The notes under the pieces are model-generated. The model was given only the letters and a program-made list of their open reading frames with translations, searched no databases and had not been told where the DNA came from. Of a stretch of DNA of 61,865 nt, positions 37,846-46,294 are shown piece after piece. Position 1 is the stretch's first letter; each line of letters starts with the position of its first letter. Source of the stretch: a virus (taxonomy: Duplodnaviria > Caudoviricetes); the IMG/VR virus record IMGVR_UViG_3300027747_000005, positions 1 to 61,865 of that record. One strand, written 5' to 3'. A program made the position numbers and the translations under genes.

Positions 37846-38114
37846 TGGCAGCACCGAGGCGTAAGATTTCCAAGGAGGAACGTCAGCACAGGGACGAGTT
37901 GATGAGCAGCTGCAATTGGGTTGTGGTGTGGGTGATACGACGATTGTTTGATAAGGGGTGGACTACCGATGAGGTGGCCCCACAGTTTGAGCGCATACAG
38001 CGTGAGGCTGGGCGGATTTGCGTGGAGGAGGACGCTATCTGCGGAAACGCTTTAGATGAACTGATGATTGCTGGAGAAGTGATCCGTTTACTTTCACGGG
38101 GAGACAAGCGATGA
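37845..38114 (+). CDS. Hypothetical protein
   Basis: AGGAGG RBS; coupled. Confidence 0.55.
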   Translation: MAAPRRKISKEERQHRDELMSSCNWVVVWVIRRLFDKGWTTDEVAPQFERIQREAGRICVEEDAICGNALDELMIAGEVIRLLSRGDKR

Positions 38115-38506
38115 CAGACGCACAGATTATCCAAGAGTTCTTTGACGTTCCCGGCATCGGCAAGAAGATGGGTTCGCCTATCTCTGTCGATGATCTAGTG
38201 ATGGCAGCAGCTGCACTGCGTGATCTCGGCAAGCAGGAGGGCACCACTGGCCGCTACATCATCGGTGCCCTGGAGCGTCTGCTGCTGGGCATCGGCCCGC
38301 ACAACCTGCAGATCCTGGCCGATGTGCCAATTAAGTGCGACGACTACTGGGCTGAGTGGTGCCCATCACCGCAGCCCTTGCACAGCGCCACCTGCCCAGC
38401 TGGTACGACGCCGCTGTGGTCGAACGGCACGGAGACTGTGTTCTATCGGATGACCAAGGATAAGCATGGCAACGATGTCATGGGGTTCGGCATTCACACC
38501 GCGTGA
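38111..38506 (+). CDS. Hypothetical protein
   Basis: GGAG RBS; ATGA overlap. Confidence 0.55.
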   Translation: MTDAQIIQEFFDVPGIGKKMGSPISVDDLVMAAAALRDLGKQEGTTGRYIIGALERLLLGIGPHNLQILADVPIKCDDYWAEWCPSPQPLHSATCPAGTTPLWSNGTETVFYRMTKDKHGNDVMGFGIHTA

Positions 38507-38620
38507 TGGAGATACCATGTACAAGGATGTACTTCAGGTGATGCACGTTCTGGCGACTGCTATACTGATGATGTTGGCAGGCCAGTTGAAGGAGATGTGT
38601 TTGAAGATACTGGGAGGTGA

Positions 38621-38875
38621 GTGATGGCTGTACGCCTGACCAATAGATGGAAGACGGTTTGCATTGTCGGATACCAGAGCATTGCCACGCAGTACCAGAA
38701 CCCGTCAGCCCACGGCAGCGTGTGCCTGTGCCAAGCCCGCATCAGCGGGAAGAACGGGAGGCGTGGGCGCAAGGTGAATTCAAACGGGCGGCACCAAGAG
38801 ATCGGCTATGCGTTTGCCTTAGACGATCAGATGCTCGCTCACTGGGAGTACTTGGACAAGCAGGAAGGGAGGTGA
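38621..38875 (+). CDS. Hypothetical protein
   Basis: GGGAGGTGAGTGATGGCT start context, repeated at the next gene. Confidence 0.55.
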   Translation: MMAVRLTNRWKTVCIVGYQSIATQYQNPSAHGSVCLCQARISGKNGRRGRKVNSNGRHQEIGYAFALDDQMLAHWEYLDKQEGR

Positions 38876-39118
38876 GTGATGGCTATTGATCCACGGGAGT
38901 ACAAGATTCTGTGCGAGTGCGATGTCGGCAGGCGCGCTGGCGAACGAATGGACAGCGACTTCGCACACTTCGATAGCCTGGCCCGCAAGGCGGGGTATGC
39001 GTCCGGCGTTGAGGCGGCAAACAACTGCGTGCTTTGGGGCGACACGGTCGCGATGGCAGTGAAGTTCTTGGAAGGTCAGCTGAATGAGGAGGAGGTGCCC
39101 GATGATTGCAATGAGTGA
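38876..39118 (+). CDS. Hypothetical protein
   Basis: Same RBS context as 38621. Confidence 0.55.
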   Translation: MMAIDPREYKILCECDVGRRAGERMDSDFAHFDSLARKAGYASGVEAANNCVLWGDTVAMAVKFLEGQLNEEEVPDDCNE

Positions 39119-39190
39119 GACGATGGACTTTCTAATCGGTGGCACTGGCGTTCTGCTGCTGTTGTGGTGGTCTTCGGGAGGTCGCTGACC

Positions 39191-39964
39191 ATGCTGTATG
39201 GATATGCCCGTGTTTCTACAGACAAGCAGGAGAACTCAGCTGATGCCCAGGCTATACGCCTGCGGGCCTACGCTGAGCAGTCGGGCGTGGAGTTCGGTGG
39301 CGTGTTCGTTGACGAGGATCAGTCGGCCTTTAAGATCCCCCTGCATAAGCGCAGGCAGGGCAGGGTGCTATGGGACAAGCTGAAGGCCGGTGATGTGGTG
39401 GTCTTCTGTACGTTCGACCGTGTGTTCAGGTCGGTGCTGGATGCGGCGCAGACTCTAGCCAAGTGCAAGGAGCTTGGCATCGGGCTGAAGTTTCTGGACA
39501 ACAGCATGGATGTGATGACCAGCCAAGGGGAGTTGTCATTCAACATCCTGTCTACCGTTGCGCAGTACAGCAGTCAGATCGCAGGCCAGAGGCAGCGGGA
39601 GATCCAGTCCTACCTGCGGTCAGCCGGTCGCCCGTATGGAAAGTTCAGGCCGTACGGCTGGCAAGCCAATGGGAAAGCGTTCGTTCCATACCCAGCCGAG
39701 CGTGAGATCGGTGACATGGTGGTGGCCATGCGGCGTGACGGCAAGCCGTTCACCGCCATCTGCCTGCACCTGTGCAAGAAGGAACTGCGCAAGCCACCCA
39801 ACAAGAAGGGTGTCAGGGGGTACTACGGCCTGTCCGACACAGTGGCTCTGCATCGGGCAGCTGCAGCTGGATATCCAAAGCTCCCGCCAAGGTTGCCGCA
39901 AGCGCAGTGGCACGCCGAGATGCAGCGCGTAGAGAAATCTCATGCGACTCAGCCAGCGCTCTGA
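39191..39964 (+). CDS. Serine recombinase (resolvase/invertase catalytic domain, short C-terminal DNA-binding region)
   Basis: YGYARVSTDKQ (catalytic Ser), GDVVV...DRVFRS, RPYGW. Confidence 0.9.
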   Translation: MLYGYARVSTDKQENSADAQAIRLRAYAEQSGVEFGGVFVDEDQSAFKIPLHKRRQGRVLWDKLKAGDVVVFCTFDRVFRSVLDAAQTLAKCKELGIGLKFLDNSMDVMTSQGELSFNILSTVAQYSSQIAGQRQREIQSYLRSAGRPYGKFRPYGWQANGKAFVPYPAEREIGDMVVAMRRDGKPFTAICLHLCKKELRKPPNKKGVRGYYGLSDTVALHRAAAAGYPKLPPRLPQAQWHAEMQRVEKSHATQPAL

Positions 39965-40379
39965 GAGTCTTGCCGTTGATGAACCTGTCGGTGGCTAGCT
40001 CCTGCTCCCACTCAGGGAGATCAGCTATGGCCAACCGGATGTGGTCAACGTGATCGAACTCTGGCAGCAGGTCGGCCGCCTCTTCTAGCGTGATGCGAAC
40101 TTCCCCTGGCTGGCGGGCTAGCTTCTTGATCGCTTTGTACATCGCGTTCAGCACAGCCCGTGCGAAGTATGCCTTTGGGTATGGCAACCTCTTTTGATCG
40201 TAGGTTCGGGCAGCTTTGACAAGCGCCAGATACCCTTCGCTTTGCAGGTCTTCGACCAGCACGGATCGCTGCCACCCCGGTCGGTTCTGCAGGAAATACT
40301 TTGCGAGTATCTGCGCCAGCGGCAGGTACTCAACGACTAAGCGTTGACGCTTGGCCGAGAGCTTCAATCTTCTTGTCAT
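39813..40379 (-). CDS. Sigma-70 family factor (regions 2 and 4, FliA/SigF-like)
   Basis: LVVEYLPLA...EDLQSEGYLALVKAARTYD (2.1-2.3); AIADLPE.EQ...KTLRALAE...IS (region 4 HTH). Confidence 0.8.
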   Translation of the reverse strand: MTRRLKLSAKRQRLVVEYLPLAQILAKYFLQNRPGWQRSVLVEDLQSEGYLALVKAARTYDQKRLPYPKAYFARAVLNAMYKAIKKLARQPGEVRITLEEAADLLPEFDHVDHIRLAIADLPEWEQELATDRFINGKTLRALAESHEISLRAASRRATALAATLAGALDIQLQLPDAEPLCRTGRSTP

Positions 40380-40557
40380 GCTGGTTCAGGCGAACCTCAT
40401 GTTCCTCAATGGTCTGGCGCAGTTCGTCCAGCATGCGGGGCAATGACTCCACGCTGCTAGCTATGACTGCGACCTTGGCATGCAGGCTGAAAGCCCACGG
40501 GACTACCGCTGCGGCAACCGAAATGCCCAGCATCCACAGTTCTGTTTCAGGCGACAT
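40330..40557 (-). CDS. Single-TM plus coiled-coil protein (holin/XhlA-like)
   Basis: LWMLGISVAAAVVPWAF followed by heptads (HEVRL..H...I..L). Confidence 0.55.
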   Translation of the reverse strand: MSPETELWMLGISVAAAVVPWAFSLHAKVAVIASSVESLPRMLDELRQTIEEHEVRLNQHDKKIEALGQASTLSR

Positions 40558-40774
40558 CGTTCCCCCTAACCAGTGCGATCAACATTAGTCCCGCGTACGG
40601 GTGCAGCTGCCCTTCTTCCACATGCAACTTAATCATGCGTGTGGCTTTGAAGGCTTCGGTGTCGGGGTATCTGTACATATGAGTCTGCCCGTTGTAGCGG
40701 GCTAAGACTTCAAAGCGGACATCGCTTCCAGCTTCAGATGCTCTAGGCTTGTTGGGGGTTCTTTGAAAATCCAT
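40547..40774 (-). CDS. Small hypothetical protein
   Basis: Coupled ORF; start uncertain. Confidence 0.45.
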   Translation of the reverse strand: MDFQRTPNKPRASEAGSDVRFEVLARYNGQTHMYRYPDTEAFKATRMIKLHVEEGQLHPYAGLMLIALVRGNDVA

Positions 40775-41007
40775 TTGGCTAGCCATGCACTGATGAGGTT
40801 GACGATGATGGGGATGAGGATCATTAGCAGGATCGATCCGCATTCCTGGTGACGCGCGCGGAAGGTGCTGCGAATCTCCTTGCGCCATGCCTTCATGTCT
40901 GGGTTGGCCGTGGCGATGGCGATCAGAGCCACCTCTTCGCCGTGCTTGGACATGCGGGCAGTGCCCGTCTCATCCGCACACCGCTGCGCTATTTGATTGG
41001 CAAGCAA
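40702..41007 (-). CDS. Small membrane protein
   Basis: AAGGAG plus TTG; TM segment ILLMILIPIIVNLISAWLAKWIF. Confidence 0.6.
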   Translation of the reverse strand: MLANQIAQRCADETGTARMSKHGEEVALIAIATANPDMKAWRKEIRSTFRARHQECGSILLMILIPIIVNLISAWLAKWIFKEPPTSLEHLKLEAMSALKS

Positions 41008-41231
41008 TCTTTGCACTCCTTCAGCACAGACTTGGTGCGACACAGGCAGTCAGGCGGGCAGGGGCAGTCGGTCACATGGCCGTCGCCGTGCGTGATCTTC
41101 CCGTTCTTGCATGCGCCACAGCACTTGGACTTGGGCGCGGCGTAGGTGGTGACAACGTACGCTGCCTCCACTGCGATGCGTTCAGGGAATGACGGGACGG
41201 GGAACAGCAATGAGAAGATGATTGAGATCAT
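40989..41231 (-). CDS. Small exported or membrane-anchored Cys-rich protein
   Basis: Hydrophobic N-terminus; CC..C..G....GDG....CPC...C.C. Confidence 0.6.
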   Translation of the reverse strand: MISIIFSLLFPVPSFPERIAVEAAYVVTTYAAPKSKCCGACKNGKITHGDGHVTDCPCPPDCLCRTKSVLKECKDCLPIK

Positions 41232-42175
41232 GTCTGCAGTAATCCGATGGTGCCGTAGTCGGGCAGCTTCTGAGGGGGGAACCCATCGACATTGCCGTAC
41301 GCATAGCAATCGCCACCGCGGATGCAGACTTCCCAGTCTTCAGCTTTGGTTACGATCATCCCGGGCACCCACGGCGGGAGGTCGGTTGGCCATTCTTTGG
41401 GAGGCTGGTTCCACGCACCCCAAGAATTTTGGATGAAGAACACATCGAACGGCCAGAACTTGCGGGTGAAATCCATACCGACCGTGGCCATTGAGTGCGA
41501 CCAGCCGCCTGCCGTGCGCGGATGGATGTGGTCTTTGCTGGGGTGCTGCGACCAAGAGGCGAACTGCCCAGAGGCTATCGCGTATCCGTTGAACAAAGCA
41601 TCCACCGCATCGCTCATCCTGGTCAGCTGTCGGATGATGCCAACCTTATGGTTTCGGCACAGACTTCTGACGGCCTCTGGCACACCACTGCCACCCCAGT
41701 TTGTTCCGATTGTGCTGTTGTATTTTGTAAGATCGACTGGGTCGTACTTCTTTCGGAGGAGATAGCCAGTCTCGTTAACAAACATGGCCGCTCGCGCGGG
41801 CGACATACCTTCGCCAGAGTGACCGCGCCCACCGTACGTGGGTTCCGTTGCGCTTCGGACAACAAAACTTTCCGGCCGGTTCTCAATGCAGATTTGCGTG
41901 GCCCTGGTCGTATCGATAGCGTTGCGCGAGCAATGCGAGGTGCAGTCCCCAGTCGTCTGAACCTCAGTGAAAGACAGGGGATCTAGCTTTTGCGTGTACG
42001 CCCACAGCGCGGCACGCTGGCCTTCTCCGCTACCCATTGTATTCGGCTCATAATACACCGACTGTTTCTGCGAGTCACCAAACAGGGCACGTTCCCTCGG
42101 ACTGTCAACATAACCTTGCAGCCCCGCTTCGTATGCAGCCAATGGCTGGAACACGTTGTCGTTTTTGTCAGCCAC
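41228..42175 (-). CDS. Papain-like (C1) cysteine peptidase
   Basis: Q..GDC (oxyanion Gln, catalytic Cys), SHSM..VG (His), IQNSWG (Asn). No signal peptide. Confidence 0.88.
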   Translation of the reverse strand: MADKNDNVFQPLAAYEAGLQGYVDSPRERALFGDSQKQSVYYEPNTMGSGEGQRAALWAYTQKLDPLSFTEVQTTGDCTSHCSRNAIDTTRATQICIENRPESFVVRSATEPTYGGRGHSGEGMSPARAAMFVNETGYLLRKKYDPVDLTKYNSTIGTNWGGSGVPEAVRSLCRNHKVGIIRQLTRMSDAVDALFNGYAIASGQFASWSQHPSKDHIHPRTAGGWSHSMATVGMDFTRKFWPFDVFFIQNSWGAWNQPPKEWPTDLPPWVPGMIVTKAEDWEVCIRGGDCYAYGNVDGFPPQKLPDYGTIGLLQT

Positions 42176-42821
42176 AGAATGCCTCCTGAGAAGTTGCTCT
42201 CAGATAGCTTGCTGCCGTTTCCAAGACAGCCGGATTATCTCTTGCGCTGCCCAGCATTCGGTTGCAAAGATTGCACAACGTGCCGCGCACCACTCCAGTG
42301 GCGTGGCAGTGATCGATGTTGCGGTCACGCGCAGTGGAGAACGATGACCCGCATATGTCGCATGCTTCTACGCTGCACATCTCTCGCACTTCTTCCAATG
42401 TCAGTGCATAAAGCTGAGCGCGGTTGCGGATGCTTGCGCAGTCCTTGCATTCTTTTCGGATGCCGGACACTCTCTTAGTTGCGCGGGGGAATTCCGATGC
42501 TGGCTTTTCCGTGCCGCAGTCGCAGCACACTTGCGACACCACCGAAACTTCGTAATGAACCGCTGACTTGCGTGCGCTGGTGCAGAGCTTGCACTCTTTC
42601 TGAAGGCCGCTTTTCCGCCCCTTCGACCGATTAAATTCTGCCGCTGACTTGGTCTGCTTGCACGCCGTACAGCGTTGTTCGCTCACAGTAACAGCGATGT
42701 TTTTTGCTACTGCCTTATGATTGCGGCACGCCTTGCAGGACGGCTGGAATCCATTCCGGCACGGGCTGTAGTCAGTCAGCGGCTTCGCGATGCCGCAGAC
42801 GGTGCAAGACCTATCACTCAC
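42168..42821 (-). CDS. Endonuclease VII-like (homing-type) nuclease with three Zn-finger repeats
   Basis: Three CxxC...K...F...CKxC units, then CDIC...IDHCH.TG.VRG.LC..CN..LG. Confidence 0.88.
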   Translation of the reverse strand: MSDRSCTVCGIAKPLTDYSPCRNGFQPSCKACRNHKAVAKNIAVTVSEQRCTACKQTKSAAEFNRSKGRKSGLQKECKLCTSARKSAVHYEVSVVSQVCCDCGTEKPASEFPRATKRVSGIRKECKDCASIRNRAQLYALTLEEVREMCSVEACDICGSSFSTARDRNIDHCHATGVVRGTLCNLCNRMLGSARDNPAVLETAASYLRATSQEAFCG

Positions 42822-43203
42822 TTTGCTTGGCGACCTCCCGGCATGCGGCTGCGATTTGGTTCACTAGCGAGGCGCTAAGTGGTGCATCATCTAGTGGGAA
42901 CTTGTCGGCCATCACCTTCTCAACGGCAACGTCCAGGCCAGCGTACTTGCCTCGCATGTCGGACGCAGCCAGCTTCAGGGTGTTGACATGCAGCTGTCGC
43001 CACATGCCCACGGTGCTGATGAGTGTGCCGTTGTCCTTCTCGGTTACATCGGCCAGCGATAGGTAGATGCCTTTCAGATGAGATCGATCTGATCGGCTAG
43101 CACCTATCAACGCAGTAGCTACTGGGCCTTCGGGTTTCTTGGAGGCGGGGAGGAATGACAGGGCCGCAACCAGGACTGCGACGATTACGGGTAGGTGTTT
43201 CAT
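42814..43203 (-). CDS. Exported or membrane-anchored helical protein
   Basis: MKHLPVIVAVLVAALSFLP signal or anchor. Confidence 0.65.
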   Translation of the reverse strand: MKHLPVIVAVLVAALSFLPASKKPEGPVATALIGASRSDRSHLKGIYLSLADVTEKDNGTLISTVGMWRQLHVNTLKLAASDMRGKYAGLDVAVEKVMADKFPLDDAPLSASLVNQIAAACREVAKQSE

Positions 43204-43421
43204 GCCTTCACCTGCAGTAGGGCGGATAGAAGTGCGTTGCATGCGGTGATGACGGCGGCATCAGCGTTTGCTTCCTTCACTTCTACGATGGCTTCGATCT
43301 GCTTTAGGATCGACGGCTTGGACTTGCTGATGGACGGGAGTCTGATTGCATGGAGGGGGAGGTACGTGAGTGCCGCCGCTACCAGCACAGCGACGATGGC
43401 GAGGATCTGAACTGTCGTCAT
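43200..43421 (-). CDS. Small N-terminal TM protein (holin candidate)
   Basis: ILAIVAVLVAAALTYL. Confidence 0.6.
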   Translation of the reverse strand: MTTVQILAIVAVLVAAALTYLPLHAIRLPSISKSKPSILKQIEAIVEVKEANADAAVITACNALLSALLQVKA

Positions 43422-44359
43422 AGAACTTTGGCTCCGGGGATGAAGATGGTTACGCCGCCAATGTTTGCCTGCATGGTGTAGTTCATCAGCTTGTGCGGAT
43501 CGACCAAGCCCCAGCCGTAGACGTTGTCTCTGCCCTGTTCGCCAACGTCCTTGCAGGTAGTGGCTAGTGCCTTCATCACATCGCTGTGGTTGACGGTGCG
43601 ATCCAGCTTGTGCTGCGCGCTGATGTACAATGCCAGCACACCGGAGACAAATGGTGCGGCCATGCTCGTCCCACTCACAGTTGCATAGCCATCGTTCAGC
43701 CAGCAGCTTGTGATGTCCTGCCCTGGTGCGGCGACTGCAATCTCCTTGCCGCGGCTGGAGAATTCACAGGCAGCGCCGTGGCTATCCACCGCACCAACAG
43801 CAATCGTTTCCTGGTAGGCAGCAGGGTAGTTCACAGAACCCCCGTCGTTACCCGCGGCACAGACAACAATGATCCCGGCTGCAGCTGCCTCGCGGATCGC
43901 AGTGTGTACCCCATCGTCCGTGCGGCTAGAGCCAAGGGACATGGAGATGATGTTCACCTTTGCTTCGGTGGCATGACGCACAGCTTGCGTTACCCACTCG
44001 TTGCTCCCCATCCCGCTGTGTCCTAGCACTTTGAGGGAGAGGATTCGGGAGGCAGGAGCAATGCCCTTCGCCAGCCCGTCACGGGCGGCGATGATGCCAC
44101 TCACATGGGTGCCGTGCCCCAAGGTGTCATGCGCATCGGAGTCGCTTGTGAAGTTGCGGTAGTCGATGACGGCTGCGTCTAGGGCAGGGTGCTTGGCAAC
44201 ACCACTGTCGATCACGGCCACCGTCACTCCCTCGCCCTGCGACTTCTGCCAGAGGGAAGGGATTCCGTATGAGCAGACACCCCAATCAACTCCGTGCTGG
44301 AGCGCGCGCGGTGCGTCTAGGTTAACCCGATAGGGTGGAAGGTGGACGAACCCGCTCAC
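43418..44359 (-). CDS. Subtilisin-like (S8) serine peptidase
   Basis: VAVIDSG (Asp), HGTHVSG (His), AAGN, GTSMAAP (Ser). No signal peptide or full propeptide. Confidence 0.95.
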   Translation of the reverse strand: MSGFVHLPPYRVNLDAPRALQHGVDWGVCSYGIPSLWQKSQGEGVTVAVIDSGVAKHPALDAAVIDYRNFTSDSDAHDTLGHGTHVSGIIAARDGLAKGIAPASRILSLKVLGHSGMGSNEWVTQAVRHATEAKVNIISMSLGSSRTDDGVHTAIREAAAAGIIVVCAAGNDGGSVNYPAAYQETIAVGAVDSHGAACEFSSRGKEIAVAAPGQDITSCWLNDGYATVSGTSMAAPFVSGVLALYISAQHKLDRTVNHSDVMKALATTCKDVGEQGRDNVYGWGLVDPHKLMNYTMQANIGGVTIFIPGAKVL

Positions 44360-44715
44360 TTATCTTCCTGGCCCGCGGCCAACGCTTTGAGAATGGACAG
44401 GACAATGGGCAGGATCACATCGACCAAGAGCTTCCAATCCACTCCCAGTGCAGCGAACTCTGCGCCAGCACCAAAGGCCATGGCCTCATAGTTCTGGTCT
44501 TCATAGTCCTCGTCATGGAAGCGGTGCTTGGTCAGCGCCTTGGGTGCAACGGCCTGGGCCTCCAACACAGGGATCAGAATCCGTGCGATGGAATCAACCA
44601 GCGCCCATTGCTCCACGTACGGAAGATCCTTGCGCCAAGACTTGGCGATCTCCACAACCTTCAGCAGGACGGCTTGGTTGGCGAGCAAGAACTTCACCAC
44701 TTTCATATTAACCAT
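44356..44715 (-). CDS. Membrane-associated protein heading the protease cassette
   Basis: GGAG RBS; amphipathic/TM segment WKLLVDVILPIVLSILKALA. Confidence 0.6.
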   Translation of the reverse strand: MVNMKVVKFLLANQAVLLKVVEIAKSWRKDLPYVEQWALVDSIARILIPVLEAQAVAPKALTKHRFHDEDYEDQNYEAMAFGAGAEFAALGVDWKLLVDVILPIVLSILKALAAGQEDK

Positions 44716-45007
44716 GATCTTCTCCCGTATGGTCATTGATTGCGATTGCCACAATGGCGTGGCCTGCGATGTCAGCGAGTGTCTCTCTAATAGCTAGTGT
44801 CCGGTCGGAGCCGATCATCCCCCGGAGGCGGCGGCACTTCTCCCCGATGCGGGCCAGCTGGTAGACCCACGGTTCGATGCCGTCCTCTGCAACGCCTAGC
44901 GCGTTCTCTAAGGGGCTTTCGTCTGGGCACCCGTAGTACCCCCGCTTCCGGCTCAGAAGCCGCCATAGCTCAACGCAGACGGGTAGGTAGGGATCGTCGG
45001 GGAACAT
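44708..45007 (-). CDS. Nmad1/DUF1599-like all-alpha protein
   Basis: RK..YG....P..N...R..EK..RL...ETL.D.A..A. Confidence 0.55.
   Translation of the reverse strand: MFPDDPYLPVCVELWRLLSRKRGYYGCPDESPLENALGVAEDGIEPWVYQLARIGEKCRRLRGMIGSDRTLAIRETLADIAGHAIVAIAINDHTGEDHG
44787..44802 (-). promoter_or_regulatory. Candidate late promoter motif GGACACTAGCTATTAG
   Basis: 15/16-like match to the portal copy (differs only in the AT before TAG); about 70 nt upstream of the protease cassette. Confidence 0.6.
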
Positions 45008-45017
45008 GGCCAGAGCC

Positions 45018-45371
45018 TCACCAAGTGCGCTCTCGGCAAGCCTTAACGATTCGTCCGAACTCTGCCCAGAAGGAAGGGTGGTGGTAGGGGTCATCGGTAT
45101 CTAGCTCCTCCTCGTCACAAAGAAATGCCGTGCGGGCATGCGCCCACTCCTCCGCAAAAGTCTCAACCAGTGCGTCCCGATCTAGGCTGTCTCGTAGGGC
45201 GATCACCCCGCGGTCTGCGTCGTCGTTCAATAGGAAATAACCCAGGTGTTCCGGCATCTGCGCCGCCGGTCGGACGCACACCCTGACCGGGAACATCACA
45301 GGGAATCGGTCTTCCGCCCACACCTTCAGCTTGCGGACCAGCGACCGCCTCCAGCAGGAACTTCGGGGCAT
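45018..45371 (-). CDS. Zincin/SprT-like protein with EEWAH in place of HExxH
   Basis: ETFAEEWAHA and a downstream H...F. Confidence 0.5.
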   Translation of the reverse strand: MPRSSCWRRSLVRKLKVWAEDRFPVMFPVRVCVRPAAQMPEHLGYFLLNDDADRGVIALRDSLDRDALVETFAEEWAHARTAFLCDEEELDTDDPYHHPSFWAEFGRIVKACRERTW

Positions 45372-45657
45372 CGGATAACTCCATGATCAGTAGCCAGGGC
45401 TGGTTGTTCCGGCGGTGCAGGACGAGAGGGCACTTCCCCTTGGCATCTCGGCGGGCCTGGGCCAGCCAGTCATAGGGGTTGCCGCGCTCGCATCGCTTCA
45501 CCTCTAAGTGAATGCCCGGGTAGTCGCTGACCACATCCGGCGAGTCGTTTCCCCCGGAAAATTGCTGGCCGCGGCGGGCCTTGCCGCCCATCACATGCGC
45601 CCAGACCTTGGACGCTTCCAGTTCCCCACGGCAACCCTTGGCACGGGACTGTGTCAT
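45163..45657 (-). CDS. Holliday junction resolvase (Hjc-like PD-(D/E)xK)
   Basis: SR.KG.RGE.E, ARRGQQ, PDV, LEVKR, W..QA. Confidence 0.8.
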   Translation of the reverse strand: MTQSRAKGCRGELEASKVWAHVMGGKARRGQQFSGGNDSPDVVSDYPGIHLEVKRCERGNPYDWLAQARRDAKGKCPLVLHRRNNQPWLLIMELSDAPKFLLEAVAGPQAEGVGGRPIPCDVPGQGVRPTGGADAGTPGLFPIERRRRPRGDRPTRQPRSGRTG

Positions 45658-45917
45658 TTCTGCCACCTCGCCAACAGGCCATTGGAATGTCGGGATTCAA
45701 CGAGCGTGAGCGTAGGGAACTGCTCAGTCATTAGTTTGATGGCATCCATCCCCACCTTCAGCTTGTCGATGGCCTTCTCATTTTGGCTAACCCACCGGCC
45801 CAGCCTGCCGCCCATGTTCAGGTCGGTGGTGGAACCAGCTGGCTCCCAATAAATAAGGAACGTGTAGCTGGAAGTGCGGAGCATGGTGCCTGTGTTCATG
45901 GTGATCTTGCCGTCCAT
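45654..45917 (-). CDS. Hypothetical protein
   Basis: Coupled ORF. Confidence 0.45.
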   Translation of the reverse strand: MDGKITMNTGTMLRTSSYTFLIYWEPAGSTTDLNMGGRLGRWVSQNEKAIDKLKVGMDAIKLMTEQFPTLTLVESRHSNGLLARWQK

Positions 45918-46294
45918 GAGGTGAGGTTCTGCTGGCGTTCGCGTGTGTAGTAATCCGGCAGAGGTTCCGGGTCGTAGCCCAGGTGCTTCTTGTGCTTTAG
46001 AGATGCAAGAAACACAGGGTCATAGTTATCGGGGTCGCACTCTTGCTTAACGCCAAGCAGTATACGCTTGTCCAGGTTGGCTCGTCCACTGAAAATCTTG
46101 CCGCTGTGGTACACCCCATGGCAGTGCGAGCAGAGGCGCAGGTAATTGCGGATGTCATGCTTGCGACCGGCACCACCGATGATGTGGTGAACCTCCAGGC
46201 TGCGGCGACCATCAGACTCAGGCCACCAGCACACCGCACAGCAGCGGTGCAGTTCAACCCACGCCAGCAATTCCTTTTGCTCAGCCCTATTCAT
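45896..46294 (-). CDS. HNH-type nuclease
   Basis: CAVC...VHHI..G..R....N..RLC..CH...H. Confidence 0.8.
   Translation of the reverse strand: MNRAEQKELLAWVELHRCCAVCWWPESDGRRSLEVHHIIGGAGRKHDIRNYLRLCSHCHGVYHSGKIFSGRANLDKRILLGVKQECDPDNYDPVFLASLKHKKHLGYDPEPLPDYYTRERQQNLTSWTARSP

Noticed and set aside
39191-39964. Gin/Cin-type tail-fibre inversion system
   Set aside because: The recombinase is far from the fibre genes, all fibre genes are on one strand, and no flanking inverted repeats were seen by eye.
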